In this document: piece by piece, positions 1 through 10,980 of the stretch
Position numbering within the stretch: position 1 is the first letter of the stretch
Layout of the letters: each line of letters starts with the position of its first letter
Assembly: GCA_026914245.1 (NCBI GenBank)
Contig: CP110439.1
Span: forward strand, 1,922,001 to 1,986,000
Direction: 5' to 3'
DNA from: Puccinia triticina
Taxonomy: Eukaryota
Length of the DNA stretch: 64,000 nt
Notes under the pieces: generated by a model
Database searches by the model: none
What the model was told of the DNA's origin: nothing
The model's input: the letters and a program-made list of their open reading frames with translations, nothing else
Made by a program: the position numbers and the translations under genes

Positions 1-1210
1 GGTCGCCAAGTTTGTGAAAGTAGAGCTGTAGATACGAACAGGTTGAATGGGTTTTATGGGATGTATTCAAGCCTGTGAGAATTCATGGAAAAGATGCTTA
101 CCATGTGATTGAGCTCAGCCTCGGAATCTCTCCCGGCGTCAACCTTGACTTCTCCTTGCGACTTTGCGCCGGGCGCGGTAGCTTTGGGCTGTTGGTCAGG
201 GAATCTTGAATAAAAGAAGCCTGCTTGTCGGGTCGATCACAATGCCGTCATTAAGTAGCTCATGAAGGACTGATCCTCATCTCACAACATAAGTCCTCTG
301 CAAAATCCAAAGTTTTTTGCACTGACCAGAATCGTCTTTCATCCAACTGGTGTAACTGTATTTGACATTCTTGATCGTGTCCTTCATCCGTCCAGCGTCC
401 TCACCTCTCTTGCCGCCATCGGCAGCAGTCTTGGTATGGGGGCGGTCAGTGCGACGGACGTAAATAGTTTGAGAATTGCTCCCGGAGGGGGAGACTTCAT
501 AGGCCATGTAGATGCCCGACTCGGAAGGTTCCGCGGAACCAAGTTGGGTGGTGCCGTCGATGGAGAATAGGTTGGGATCAAGGAAGAGCTCCCCCACAGG
601 TTGTCTGGGGTCGGTAGCCTGCTTGAAAGCTTCCTCCTCCCCTTTTTTAACCCGATAGATGACGAATTGGGAATCTAAGGCTGGGGTGAAGTAATAGTAG
701 TAGTATCCGTCGGGCTGCAGCAGTGGACAGCCGATTCTGGCATAGTTCCAACTCTTTTTCAGCGTCTCACGGAGTAAGCCTCGATGGGAGTATTTGCTCA
801 GGTATTCCTTTGTGAAGGCTTGTTGCCTGGTGACGAATTGCTGAAAGAAGAAGATCCAGTCAATCAGTGTTTCTTTCCGATCTGCATATTTCTTTTTGTC
901 ACTAGGAAGAGCGCACCTGTGTCTCTTTGCTCTGCTTGGGCGGCTTGTCTAGCCACCTGTAAGGATCGGGGACGGTGATCGGTCCATTCTGTTTACTCTG
1001 GAAAACGTCCGACGAGTTTGAATCCCTACGAACGTGGGGATATGGTGTTGTTTTTGGGTCCCAATACTTGGGGGAATGGGTCGTAGGACAGGTATCTGGA
1101 TGATCCGGAAATAGCGCAGGTGATTCGGGGCAAGTCTGCAGGCTGTCAAAGGTGCGCTGGATTGGTATGTGAAACCTCAAGAAGGCTGCTAATTTCGTGA
1201 CTAAGAGCAT
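1..1210 (-). CDS. Prolyl oligopeptidase (peptidase S9A), 5' part; gene continues beyond the left edge
   Basis: Exons 1210-917, 840-327, 220-102 and 25-1 joined by GT-AG introns. They translate to POP N-terminal and beta-propeller motifs: YPHVRRD, VPDPYRWLD, WNYARIGCP, LFLDPNLFSIDGT, SGSNSQTIYVR, VKYSYTSW, GFFYSRFP, LYFHKLG. Confidence 0.92.
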
Positions 1211-1794
1211 TATGAATGAACAATTGATGGATAACTACGAGAACAAGACCAAGCACTTGACACCCTGCCCCCATGGCTATAAATAGAGAAGAGTAACGCT
1301 GCTGCATCAGGCGAGAAAACCCGAGCTGGCCTTGGACAAGCTGAAACAGAAGAGCAATGGGTCTTGGCGCCCAGTACATGGCGAAGTGGTGTTGACCTGT
1401 GTTGACCGGTATGTAACGGGAAACCGCAGGGGGCATAAAAGCCCCATACACGCGACTAGGGAGAAGCACCTTCAGCTTTAGCAGCCACCACGGCGCCACA
1501 ATTACCCCACACTTCCTTGGACCCAACCTCCTGGATATCTACCACCGGAAGCTTTGTGTGTGCTTCGTCGCGGAAGGGATCACTATCGGTTGCAACCATG
1601 GGTTACACTAGGGTCTGGGGTGAAAGTTATCAGGTGGCTTGCCACATATAACCCATCGAGTCTGTCGGAGGAGTCGGATTCTTCTTGTGTCTTGTATTTC
1701 TTTGCATGTTGTTTCACCCTTGGGGTTCGAAACAGGAACCAAGTCCCTCCTGGGCGCCAAGCGCCCGCCTCCGAAGGAGGAACTCAGGAAAGAA

Positions 1795-2007
1795 CGGAGT
1801 TTTTTGGTGTGACAAGTTTTTCAGATTTGGCAGATAAAATCTTAATTCTGCAATAACTTTTTATCTATGTATACCAGTTATGCTGGCATGGGAAAGATTA
1901 TGAGAAAGGCCTTGGTCTTGCCTTTCTCCTCATCCATTTCGGAGATCAACCTTCACCACCTTCCCCAAAAGTGTTTGTGCGTACCTGTCACACCAAAAAA
2001 AGCTCCG
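1795..2007. repeat. Inverted repeat pair, possible decayed MITE
   Basis: cggagt(t)nggtgtgaca at 1795 and tgtcacacc(a)ngctccg ending at 2007. No TSD seen. Confidence 0.35.
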
Positions 2008-2132
2008 GATTTTGGTGAATGCGCTTTGAACTTGCGCTTGTAGTATCCCTCCCTGGGCTTCCGACGTAGCTTCCATACATAGTACAGTGGTTTATCTAAT
2101 GTTTTTGGTACCACATTTTTCAATGGTTTCAG

Positions 2133-2541
2133 CAACAATGGGAAGTTATGTTATCCACAACTAAAAGTAACGGATCACAAAACTTAATTGTTGCCGTTAT
2201 CTTTGAGCTAATGTCAACAATGTTTCAGTTATGTTATTTGTTATTTATTTTTTTCCTGATTTATTAGACCCGTTACATTATCCCCCGCAATGTAGGGGGA
2301 TAACATGCCAATAACACAGGTTTTTTCCCCATTTTACAGTGTTTTTGCGCCAGATAACGCAGTTAGCGTGTTACTGGCGTTATTTTTTGCGGTATTGAGG
2401 GGGAATTGCCCTCTGTTACGTTATCCAAACGTGTGCAAGCACATTTTACCAGATAGCAATAACACGTTATCTGATAACAGTGGGAAGTTACGTTACAAAA
2501 ATCCCTCTGGATAACATAACCTAAGTAACTTCCCATTGTTG
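2133..2541. mobile_element. MITE with CAACA...TGTTG termini and 7-bp TSD (hAT-related)
   Basis: TIR caacaatgggaagtta / taacttcccattgttg. Flanking direct repeat gtttcag at 2126-2132 and 2542-2548. Interior dense in GTTA/TAAC motifs. Confidence 0.85.
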
Positions 2542-3522
2542 GTTTCAGGATTTTTCATTTTTTATCATTCATGTTGAATGCCATACTGTACTCTCCAATT
2601 TTACATCCTAATTGGTTTGAACAGTAATGAACATTCTGAGAAATTTGCAAGAAATTCAATTATTTTCACTTTTTTAATTTTTTAATTCTTAATCCAAGTT
2701 TATTGAATTCACAGAAACATAGACTACAAGATCTAAGTTTTGGCATACAATTTAATGAAACAAGTGTTGAATTTAATCCCCAAACACCCCAAAGGGCACC
2801 TTGGATTGACCCCCCAGCCCGTGCCGCAGCAGCACGCAAAAAGGGATCGGTCAAAATGGAAATCAAGGAGGGCCTAATCAAATGATTAGGGCAGCTCCAG
2901 GGAGGGGGTAGGACAAAACCGGATCCCCTGGGGGGCAAAAAAAACCCTCCCCCTCCCTATTTAAATAGCTGCTGGGCAGTCATCCGCCTCAAAGAGATGG
3001 ATAACTAATACATGACTCCTTGTTGCCAAACACCACCCCCTGACCACGCCATCACAACAGCAATGCGTGTACATAATAAATATATTCCACCCCTCTAGAT
3101 TCTCACCTTGGCATTCACAACGAGTGGCTGGACCCTTGGCCGGATGTATGTATTGTTGGCCAAGCATTAGGCCAAAACGCCGAACTTGTCCGCGATCAAC
3201 CCACATACTGGCTCAAAAGCCTCTCGGATTGCGTCACAATCCAAGACTAATGCCCTCGCAACACTCAAGCCACACCCACTGAGACCCTCCCAGTCCTGAA
3301 ACCGCATCACCCGCGCATCAAGCCACCACAACAGTGTTTGAATTGCATGTGAGTTGCACCCGTCCACAAGCTCACCTTTGCGTTGACGACGAGTTGCCCG
3401 GCTTGACTCAGATAGGATCAGATTGAGCTGGCAAGGATCCATTTCATATTGGGCAACTGTGGTGCTTGTCAAACCCACCATTTAGGTTACCCATCTCTCA
3501 CCAAACAGCCCAGTAGAAAACA

Positions 3523-3834
3523 AGGCTGAAATATGTCACCAATGGGACATTGTTACAAGAGATGCTCTCGGAGATGCTCTTGGACAAGCTGCCATCAAAC
3601 TACAATATTGTGATCCTTGACAAAGCTCATGAGCGTTGCCTAGGGACAGACATGCTCCTAGGATTGCTTAAAGGGATTCAGAGAACCTGGCAAACATCTT
3701 GTCAAAGAGGCCTCCAATTTCCCGCAGAAGAAATCTGCCCACACCAGGGGACAGCAACACCAGCTCAAGAGCTTAAGGTGATCATCATGAGTGCAACTAT
3801 TGACACCAAGCACTTCAGTCAGTTTTTTGATGAG
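3523..3834 (+). pseudogene. Isolated decayed fragment of a DEAH-box RNA helicase (DHR2/DHX33- or Prp43-like)
   Basis: RLKYVTNGTLLQEML (motif Ib region), IVILDKAHER (motif II, DEAH changed to DKAH), TDMLLGLLK, LKVIIMSATID (motif III). No Walker A or C-terminal domain recognisable nearby. Confidence 0.75.
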
Positions 3835-5227
3835 TTGAGCTCACAGTCTCTCCCTCCACCTGATGCTCAAAGGCTTCCAATCAATCTTGCTGAGCTGCTT
3901 TTTCCTTGCTCAACCACTCAAACAGTTGATGAAGCCGGTCAAGAATTGTCTCTACTCAGACCCAAATGTAAAGGCATTGAGGAAGGTGTTTAGACGCCTC
4001 AAGGGGCGCGAAAAAGAACTGAACAGTGTCTGAACCTTCAGCAACTTGAACGGACATTTGTCAGCCATCAAGCTCTTGATTCCAAAGGAAACAAGGCCAA
4101 GGGCGTGATTGAGAAGGCTAGGGCCATGTTCAAAGCAGGTTGACTGGCCAATATCAAAGCGGGCAGCAAGAAACCTTTGATCTCTACGTAGGTTGAGGAG
4201 GTTGTCTCCAGCAATCCTCTCAATCATTTCTCAATTTGTCTTGTTCATGTTACTTAACTTCAAATAGCCGGCATCCCCCCAGATCTGTTTTACAGATGTA
4301 CGTCTCGCGCTGCTGCATTACCAACTGTCTATTCCAGCTATCCATGGGTTCAGTGAATGCCAGCTGACTGGCAATTGTGATTTTTTAAACTGCTTGCACT
4401 ACCAAAGCTTCTGAGCGTGTTGTATTACTCCTCAATGATAAGCATTCCCAAATTAAATCCCCTCCAACAGACGATGTCAGTCACTATTTGTCTTTGGCCC
4501 CACACTTCAGTCATTGGGTCCAAAACTGGTGGACCAGACGGAGTTCCCCAATGATGATGTTGGTGAAGTTTGGCCGTCTTTGCCTTGACAAAAGTATCAA
4601 GAGAGCAAGCCCCAATGGGACCCAGTAAATCAAAGCCATTATATGGGTCAACCTTACCATTGCTCCGGGTCTTGTTTGGCCATTCTGAACAAGGGTTGTT
4701 GCCAATCAGTGCAATCTCATTCCCAGGCTCACCACCTCAGTTTGGGAGCTCCGGGCAGGCCAGACGCACTACCCGGGGGACCAAAATCAGTCTATCACTT
4801 GTTGGCTAATCTAACATCAAGTTTTGGTCAATCCGGCCAGGAGAAGACTGTGAGAAAAAATAGGGAAATGGTGGCATCGCTGGTGCCCAGCCTATGCTGA
4901 ATAAACCATAGCTTCTTTCAGGTTAGCCTTGTTGTCTTTGCTGCTGGAGCCGGTTGAACAAGATTGAGTAAGAGACTGGTACAGCCCAACAGGAAGGAGA
5001 CTGTGACACGCAGGAAGGTTACAAAGGTGGCAAGTATCTGCCGCACTACAGCAATTCGTACTCTTGCCCAGTTTGCAAGCAACTTCACGCCCTCTTTGAC
5101 CAAATAATACATCAAGGGCCTGGCTCATAACCTATTGGTTTTTGAAAGGCATAACATTGATCAGACTGGCAGGCAGCTCAGCCTCATCCACTACCTTATT
5201 GTTGAAATTACTCAGGTGAAAAGAATT

Positions 5228-5301
5228 GTGTGTTGTGGGATTTGAACCCACGACCTTCTACATTCATGAGAGCTGCTCTTATACCACTGAGCTCAACACA
5301 C
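5228..5301 (-). ncRNA. tRNA-like Pol III cassette inside the LTR (not a canonical tRNA)
   Basis: Minus strand reads GTGTGTT-GA-GCTCAGTGGTATAAGAGC-A-GCTCTCATGAATGTAGAAGGTC-GTGGGTTCAAATCCCAC-AACACAC. It has a 7-bp acceptor stem, D-arm/A box, perfect T-arm/B box and a downstream TTTT. The anticodon arm does not pair canonically. Repeated at ~5616-5689 (-) and ~5796-5984 (+, interrupted). Confidence 0.75.
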
Positions 5302-5809
5302 AGTTGGTCTTACTGGTGATTTTTGGATATTAGATCATATAGCTTGGCCACTCAAATGGGGCTTGAAGCATATATTCCAACACACCCCCTTGCTTCATGC
5401 ACCATGAACAAACTATGAATATTGCATATGCAAATCATGTATGTTTTTCATGCATCATAGATAATGATTAATGCATAACAATTATGAAATTGAATATTGC
5501 ATATGTATATGGAAGCATGAATATCAAGTATTCACAGGGTTTAGCCAACTTTAATTCAATTCACTGAGAGCATCCGTACTGATAATGTGTTGAAATCACT
5601 CAGGTGAAAAGAATTGTGTGTTGTGGGATTTGAACCCACGACCTTCTTCATTCATGAGAGCTGCTCTTATACCACTGAGCTAAACACACAGTTGGTCTTA
5701 CTGGTGATTTTTGGATATTGAATATATGCTTCAAGCTCCATTTGAGGGGCCAAGCTATATGATCTAATATCCAAATATCACCAGTAAGACCAACTGTGTG
5801 TTTAGCTCA

Positions 5810-5921
5810 CACAGCGGGCAATCAGATGTTGCACGCAGCCCGCAGCAACACCTGAGCCAAGGGGACCCCCTTTACGCGGGTGTCGCTGCGGGCTGCGTGC
5901 GACACCCGATTGCCCGCTGTG
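5810..5921. mobile_element. 112-bp hairpin MITE, CAC...GTG ends, 3-bp TSD TCA (CACTA/CMC-like)
   Basis: About 45-bp imperfect TIRs cacagcgggcaatc... / ...gattgcccgctgtg. tca at 5807-5809 and 5922-5924. Splits the A box agctcagtggta of the third LTR. Confidence 0.88.
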
Positions 5922-8089
5922 TCAGTGGTATAAGAGCAGCTCTCATGAATTTAGAAGGTCGTGGGTTCAAATCCCACAACACACAATTCTTTTCACCTGA
6001 GTAATTTCAACACTTATCACCTGTACCAAGGATGCCAACAGCCAGACTATCATAAAAATCTGAAGTCTGTCTGACACCCTTCTGCCCAGCTTATCCACCA
6101 AGAAAAAAAATCATCTTTTTTAGACTTCTGTCAACTTTCTGCTCTTCTCTTGCCTTTTGGATAAAAAATATATTCACACAATAAGCTGGATAATTAGGTT
6201 ATTAGCTGCTGTTCTTGCTGTCTTGTTTTTGAAGGGGTAGACCTCTGATAAGTTTACAAGGAGATAAATGGCCTATTGAAAATATGCTGCCTGAAAGTCC
6301 TCACTGTCTTTTGAGAATGCCAGCCTGTAAATTATAACTCTGGCAAAATTTCAGTTGATCTGTAACTCTCATGCTAATTTTTTCTTTGATTGGGGTGTAA
6401 TGGGGAACTGTTAGTAAATTAAATGCTTCACTGCGTAAAAATCATCAAATGTGGCCAATTTTATTATAGAGCTATGTATAAACATGTGCAGTTTTTGAAC
6501 TTTTTCCAATGACAAAATTAATAACACAACCTGTGTGTCGGTTATAGTTTCTGTAAAATATTCTGCATCTCATTAAAGAAATGTTTTTCATGACACTCAA
6601 TTTTTGCAACAAGTACAATCTTGTGGGTGAATGTGGCAACTTGCTTCAGATTTTCATGGTGTGCAAATCAAGCCATTGTCCACAATTTATTTCAACAGGC
6701 TCATTCTGACAGTGGCGGTAATTTGGGAGATGGTGGACTGATGGTGATCCCTGCAGCGGCGCAGCCGCCTTGGCCTCTAGTTTTTTATTATTTCATAATC
6801 ATTATTGAGAACTTCTTTTCCACCCCTGTAGCCAATCTCATGACTTGAAGTCTGTGTCCTGAGCTCCTGCATTGATAAATTTGGTGCCAAAAACATTGGA
6901 TAACCCACTGTACACCCTTCTCTTTGTGGAGGGGCAACACCAAACTTAATACAAGTGTACCCTCCTTGGGGAAGCATAGCGACTAGGAGGAAAATTTGCA
7001 CCGCCTTGGAGAGGTTTTGTTAACCTTGGGGTGTCAACAGGACCCTAGAAACCCCCGAAGTACATAGGTGGGTAACATAAATGTATGAATTTTTGTATTT
7101 ATTTGTTGCAAAGTGTTGCCAATTGCTACCAAATGTCAATTTTTCATGAGCATCATTTTGGGGGGAAAAATTTTATTGCTACCAGTATTCAGCAGAGGCT
7201 TGCTGAGGTCCTGTGTTACCCACAAATTTGTATGAATGGGCTTTGAAGCCCAAAACAGTACACACCAAACATGACACAAAACATATGAAATTCCGCTCAA
7301 AATGCTTGTTTGCTGATCCTAAATGAAAGTCCCCCTCTGATTGGGGACTTTGTTAAGTTGGGTGCTATATAGCACCAAAAAAGTGGAAATTGGAACGGCC
7401 CATTCACCTCTTACATAATAACTCAAAATCCACCTTTTCCCAATCTAATTTGACCCATTAAATACATCTTATCCTCTCATTGAGAGGCTTGGAAAAATGA
7501 CTCCCAAATCTTGGGAAAAATTTCATTTGAGTGCAAATTCAAGGGAGTGGCTTTTCACTGGCCATGGTTGAAGTGTGATGGGTACCTGCTGCACTCTCTG
7601 GACTATTTAAGGTACCACCTTCCCCATCCAACCTGATGACACTTTGTTGTCTTGGTGAGTCTAGAATGTTTTCTTGGCCAACTTTTTTTGTTTGTTTTAG
7701 CTGTAGCAATTGTTCTAAGAGGATTGGAAAAACAACTCCTGATTTTTGTGTAAATGACTCCCATGTGTCACTGCAACCAACTTTGGGAGTTGCTCTCCAA
7801 AATTTATATCAGTCACCACCCCAAAAAGGATGGCAATGTGCACACATTGCCATGATCAATACATTGCTATTACATAGGTCTTACCAGGTCTTACCACCAA
7901 GTATAAACTTGTGATACAATCATGTAACTGAGATTTAAACTTGTTTTTACTTGGTTATATAAACTGAGTCCCATCCCTCCCCACTCATATTGCACATACA
8001 ACCTGGAAGTGATTTTGGATGATTGTCCAAAATCACTACTGAGCACCCTGGCTCTACACTGGAATTATCCTTAACCGGGAAAATTTTGG

Positions 8090-8860
8090 TAGTCAGAAGT
8101 CAAAAATGAAAATGCCAAAAGGTAGTTGGAAATATAACTTTCCAAAAAAATACATATTTAATTACTCAAAAATTTATTACTCCGCATTGGAATTTGGGGA
8201 ACCCAAAGCCCCCCAAACTTTTACAGTGGCCAGAGAACCATCTAAAAAGCCCATGGTTATCTGCATGGCATTATCTGGCCTCGAAAATGCCATGTGCAAC
8301 TGTGGGTCCATTAGGCAGACAGATTTCCTAATAATGAACACCACCAAAGCCTTAGCCATGGCACCTCAAAGGGTCCCAAAATCTTACAGTGCAAAGATTA
8401 AGCTATGAGGTCAATATGATGAGCTTCATTGAATTAGCAATGCCAAACCCCAGGAATGGGGTTTGCAACTGTGCACCCATTTTGGTGTGTATCCTACTAA
8501 TTAACACCACCAGAACCTTAGCCACGGTGTCACAAAGGGTCCCAAAATTGTACAGTGCAAAGATTAAGCTCTGAAAAAATATGATGAGCTGCATGGCATT
8601 AGCACACACCAGGAATGGGGTGTGCTACTGTGCACCAATTTTGGTTGGTGTCCTACTAATGAACACCACCAAAAACTTAGCCACAGTGCCCCAAAGGATC
8701 CCAAAATTTGGAAGTTCACAGATTAAGCTCTGAAAACAATATTATGAGCTGCATGAAATTATAAAACCCCAGGAATGGGTTTGGCTAAGGTTTTGGTGGT
8801 GTTCATTGGTAGGACACTGGCCAAACTGGTAGCACAGTAGCACACCCCATTCCTCAGTGT
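8090..8860 (+). repeat. Dispersed repeat containing about three diverged ~160-bp tandem units
   Basis: Recurring blocks atgagctgcatgg..., aacaccaccaaa.ccttagcca and caaagggtcccaaaat...aagattaagct. An inverted homologous copy lies at ~15500-15845. Confidence 0.7.
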
Positions 8861-10980
8861 CAGAATTTGAGCTTCATAGTCCACTCACCTTCTCTTCTTT
8901 CCTTCCTTTCCAGCCTAGTGGCCTCTTTACCTGTCTGACCAAGTGGTTGAATCCTGTCCTGTCCTGTTTGTCCGAGTGGCCCTTCTGTCCTGTCCCCTGT
9001 TCCTGTCACCTTTCCTGATTTGTATAGTTGAGTGACCATGACTTGTCTCCTGTTCCCTGTCACCATTTCCTGTCACCTTTCCTGTCCCCTGTTATTGTTG
9101 TTAGGCCCCCCTTTGGATCTTGCTTGGGGGCTCTCTAGTTGTTTGGTTAAAGTCCGCTGTGGTGCTCCATCCTAAGCCACAAGTAGTATTTTTAGTATCT
9201 TCTCTTTACATATTTTCATCATTACATTGCCCATTACCCCATAACCTTTCACAAATACTTCATTATTATGGCATATTCAGACTCTATGCCTCATTTCACC
9301 TATAGTCACTCACACACAGGAGCCCTTTATCTTCAATGGTTCAATAGTTATAAAGGATATAAGATTTACAGAAAAAACCTACATTCTTCATTAGTTACAG
9401 CACTCATTTCATTATTAACTTACTTGAATCATTATAGTGAATTCCTTTTACAGATATCTTATCACATATTAAACCCCTTACATACATTGCTCATCATGTA
9501 CTATGCCTATTGTACACATTACATCATTGGATCTGTGCTTACCTCTTTCAGTAGTGCTCATCATTACAAGTTGCTACTATGTTCACATCACCTTCCCCAT
9601 TTGTACAGTCTTTCTTCCCATAACCAGAATTTCTCTTGACTGCTCATCTTTCATCTGAACATAAGACAAACTGTTTCCCCCCCACTTGTAGAGTATGCAG
9701 AAATTATAGTAGAAATTCCTCATCACCCATTTGCTTGTTGAAATCATTGCTATTGCTCCTCAACCCATTCACCAGGGGAGACTTTGATGCACTCTCCAGA
9801 GAGTGCCAGATTCTAATTTTATGTTGTTCTGGGTCTGATGTGAGTCAGATGTGGATTAGGAAATGATTGATAAATTCTTCAGAAGTCAATGGGAAGTGTG
9901 TCAGAAGTGATGTGGAATTGTCACAGTACCTTGTGTAATGTTGTATAGAACCATTTAATTTTCAAAGCATAACTTAATTACAACCTGTAATTAAATCATA
10001 GTTAATCAATGTCCAATTATTACTCATTTATGGAAAATTTCTGCTGATCAATTTCTCTATGTCAAAGGGGTTCCACACTTGGTAAAGGCAACTTGTGGGT
10101 GCTTCCATGGCTTTCTGACAAGTTTTTACTTGTAATGGAGCTGTGAAAGGCCCCTCCAGTGATCTGTCACCCTAATGTACGCGCGTACACAAAGGTGAAA
10201 TTGGCAAAGTGGAAAAAAACTCACATGCATATGCATGGAGACATTGGAAAACAAACAAACACAAAAACAACTCACAAGCTTATATATGTTAAGAAGCCAG
10301 GATTTCTAGCTGAAATCTGGGACCATACACCTCAAAGCTTGACTTGACTCATATTCTCACCCTACTTTCATCCTTTCTTGGCTCAATTCCAGCTGATACC
10401 GGCCTTCTTTAGGAAAATATGCCAATTCAGATGGGCCTTTCACATCATTCAAACATGGGTGTATATGTTGTTGATCTGTGGGAGGCCCAAACTGTGATTT
10501 TTAACCAACTTACACATGTGCACATGGCAGTAGCATTAGCAAAGTGAAAACAATGACCACCTTCATATGCATGTAAATAATATGAATTGAACCCCAAGAA
10601 TTCATCTCAATTAACAAACAGTTCAAATTGAATTATGATTTGATTGTGGCCATTGTGTCTTAGTGGTTTCAACTGTGTTCCAGTTATGTTACAGTTGACT
10701 TCTGCATGACTTCTGAATGGTTTATGCATGAATCCAGGATCAGTTTCAGATCATTTGTGGATTAGTTCCAGAATTTTTGATTAATTCTTACACTACTTTC
10801 ATCAAAGGCATCCAGCACAGTTATGGAAAAAGGGTACAGTATGGCACTCTCTGGAGAGTGTGTCAAAATCTCCCCTGGTGATTGCTATTGAACATTGCCC
10901 ATTGCACCTCTGAACTCACCATTGCTATTGAACCATTGCCATTGATTCCCCCTCATCAATTATTAACCCAACCCTCTCAT

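Larger units (their letters stand above)
5200..6012. mobile_element. Miniature non-autonomous LTR element (TRIM, Helenus-like) with tRNA-like LTRs, rearranged, 5-bp TSD
   Basis: 183-bp TGTTG...CAACA LTR at 5200-5382, preceded on the minus strand by PPT AAGGGGGTG. About 205 bp internal region. Second, truncated LTR at 5588-~5719 and third, inverted LTR at ~5719-6012. cttat at 5195-5199 and 6013-6017. Confidence 0.85.

Noticed and set aside
1..1600. POPB/MSDIN-type cyclic peptide cluster
   Set aside because: No MSDIN-like precursor was seen, and the partial POP sequence cannot distinguish a macrocyclase from a housekeeping enzyme.
5228..5301. Functional tRNA gene
   Set aside because: The anticodon arm does not form a 5-bp stem with a 7-nt loop, and all three copies lie within LTRs.
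8106..8609. Short ORFs with a near-identical counterpart at 15.5-15.9 kb
   Set aside because: They derive from a tandem-unit repeat family, with frames not conserved between copies.
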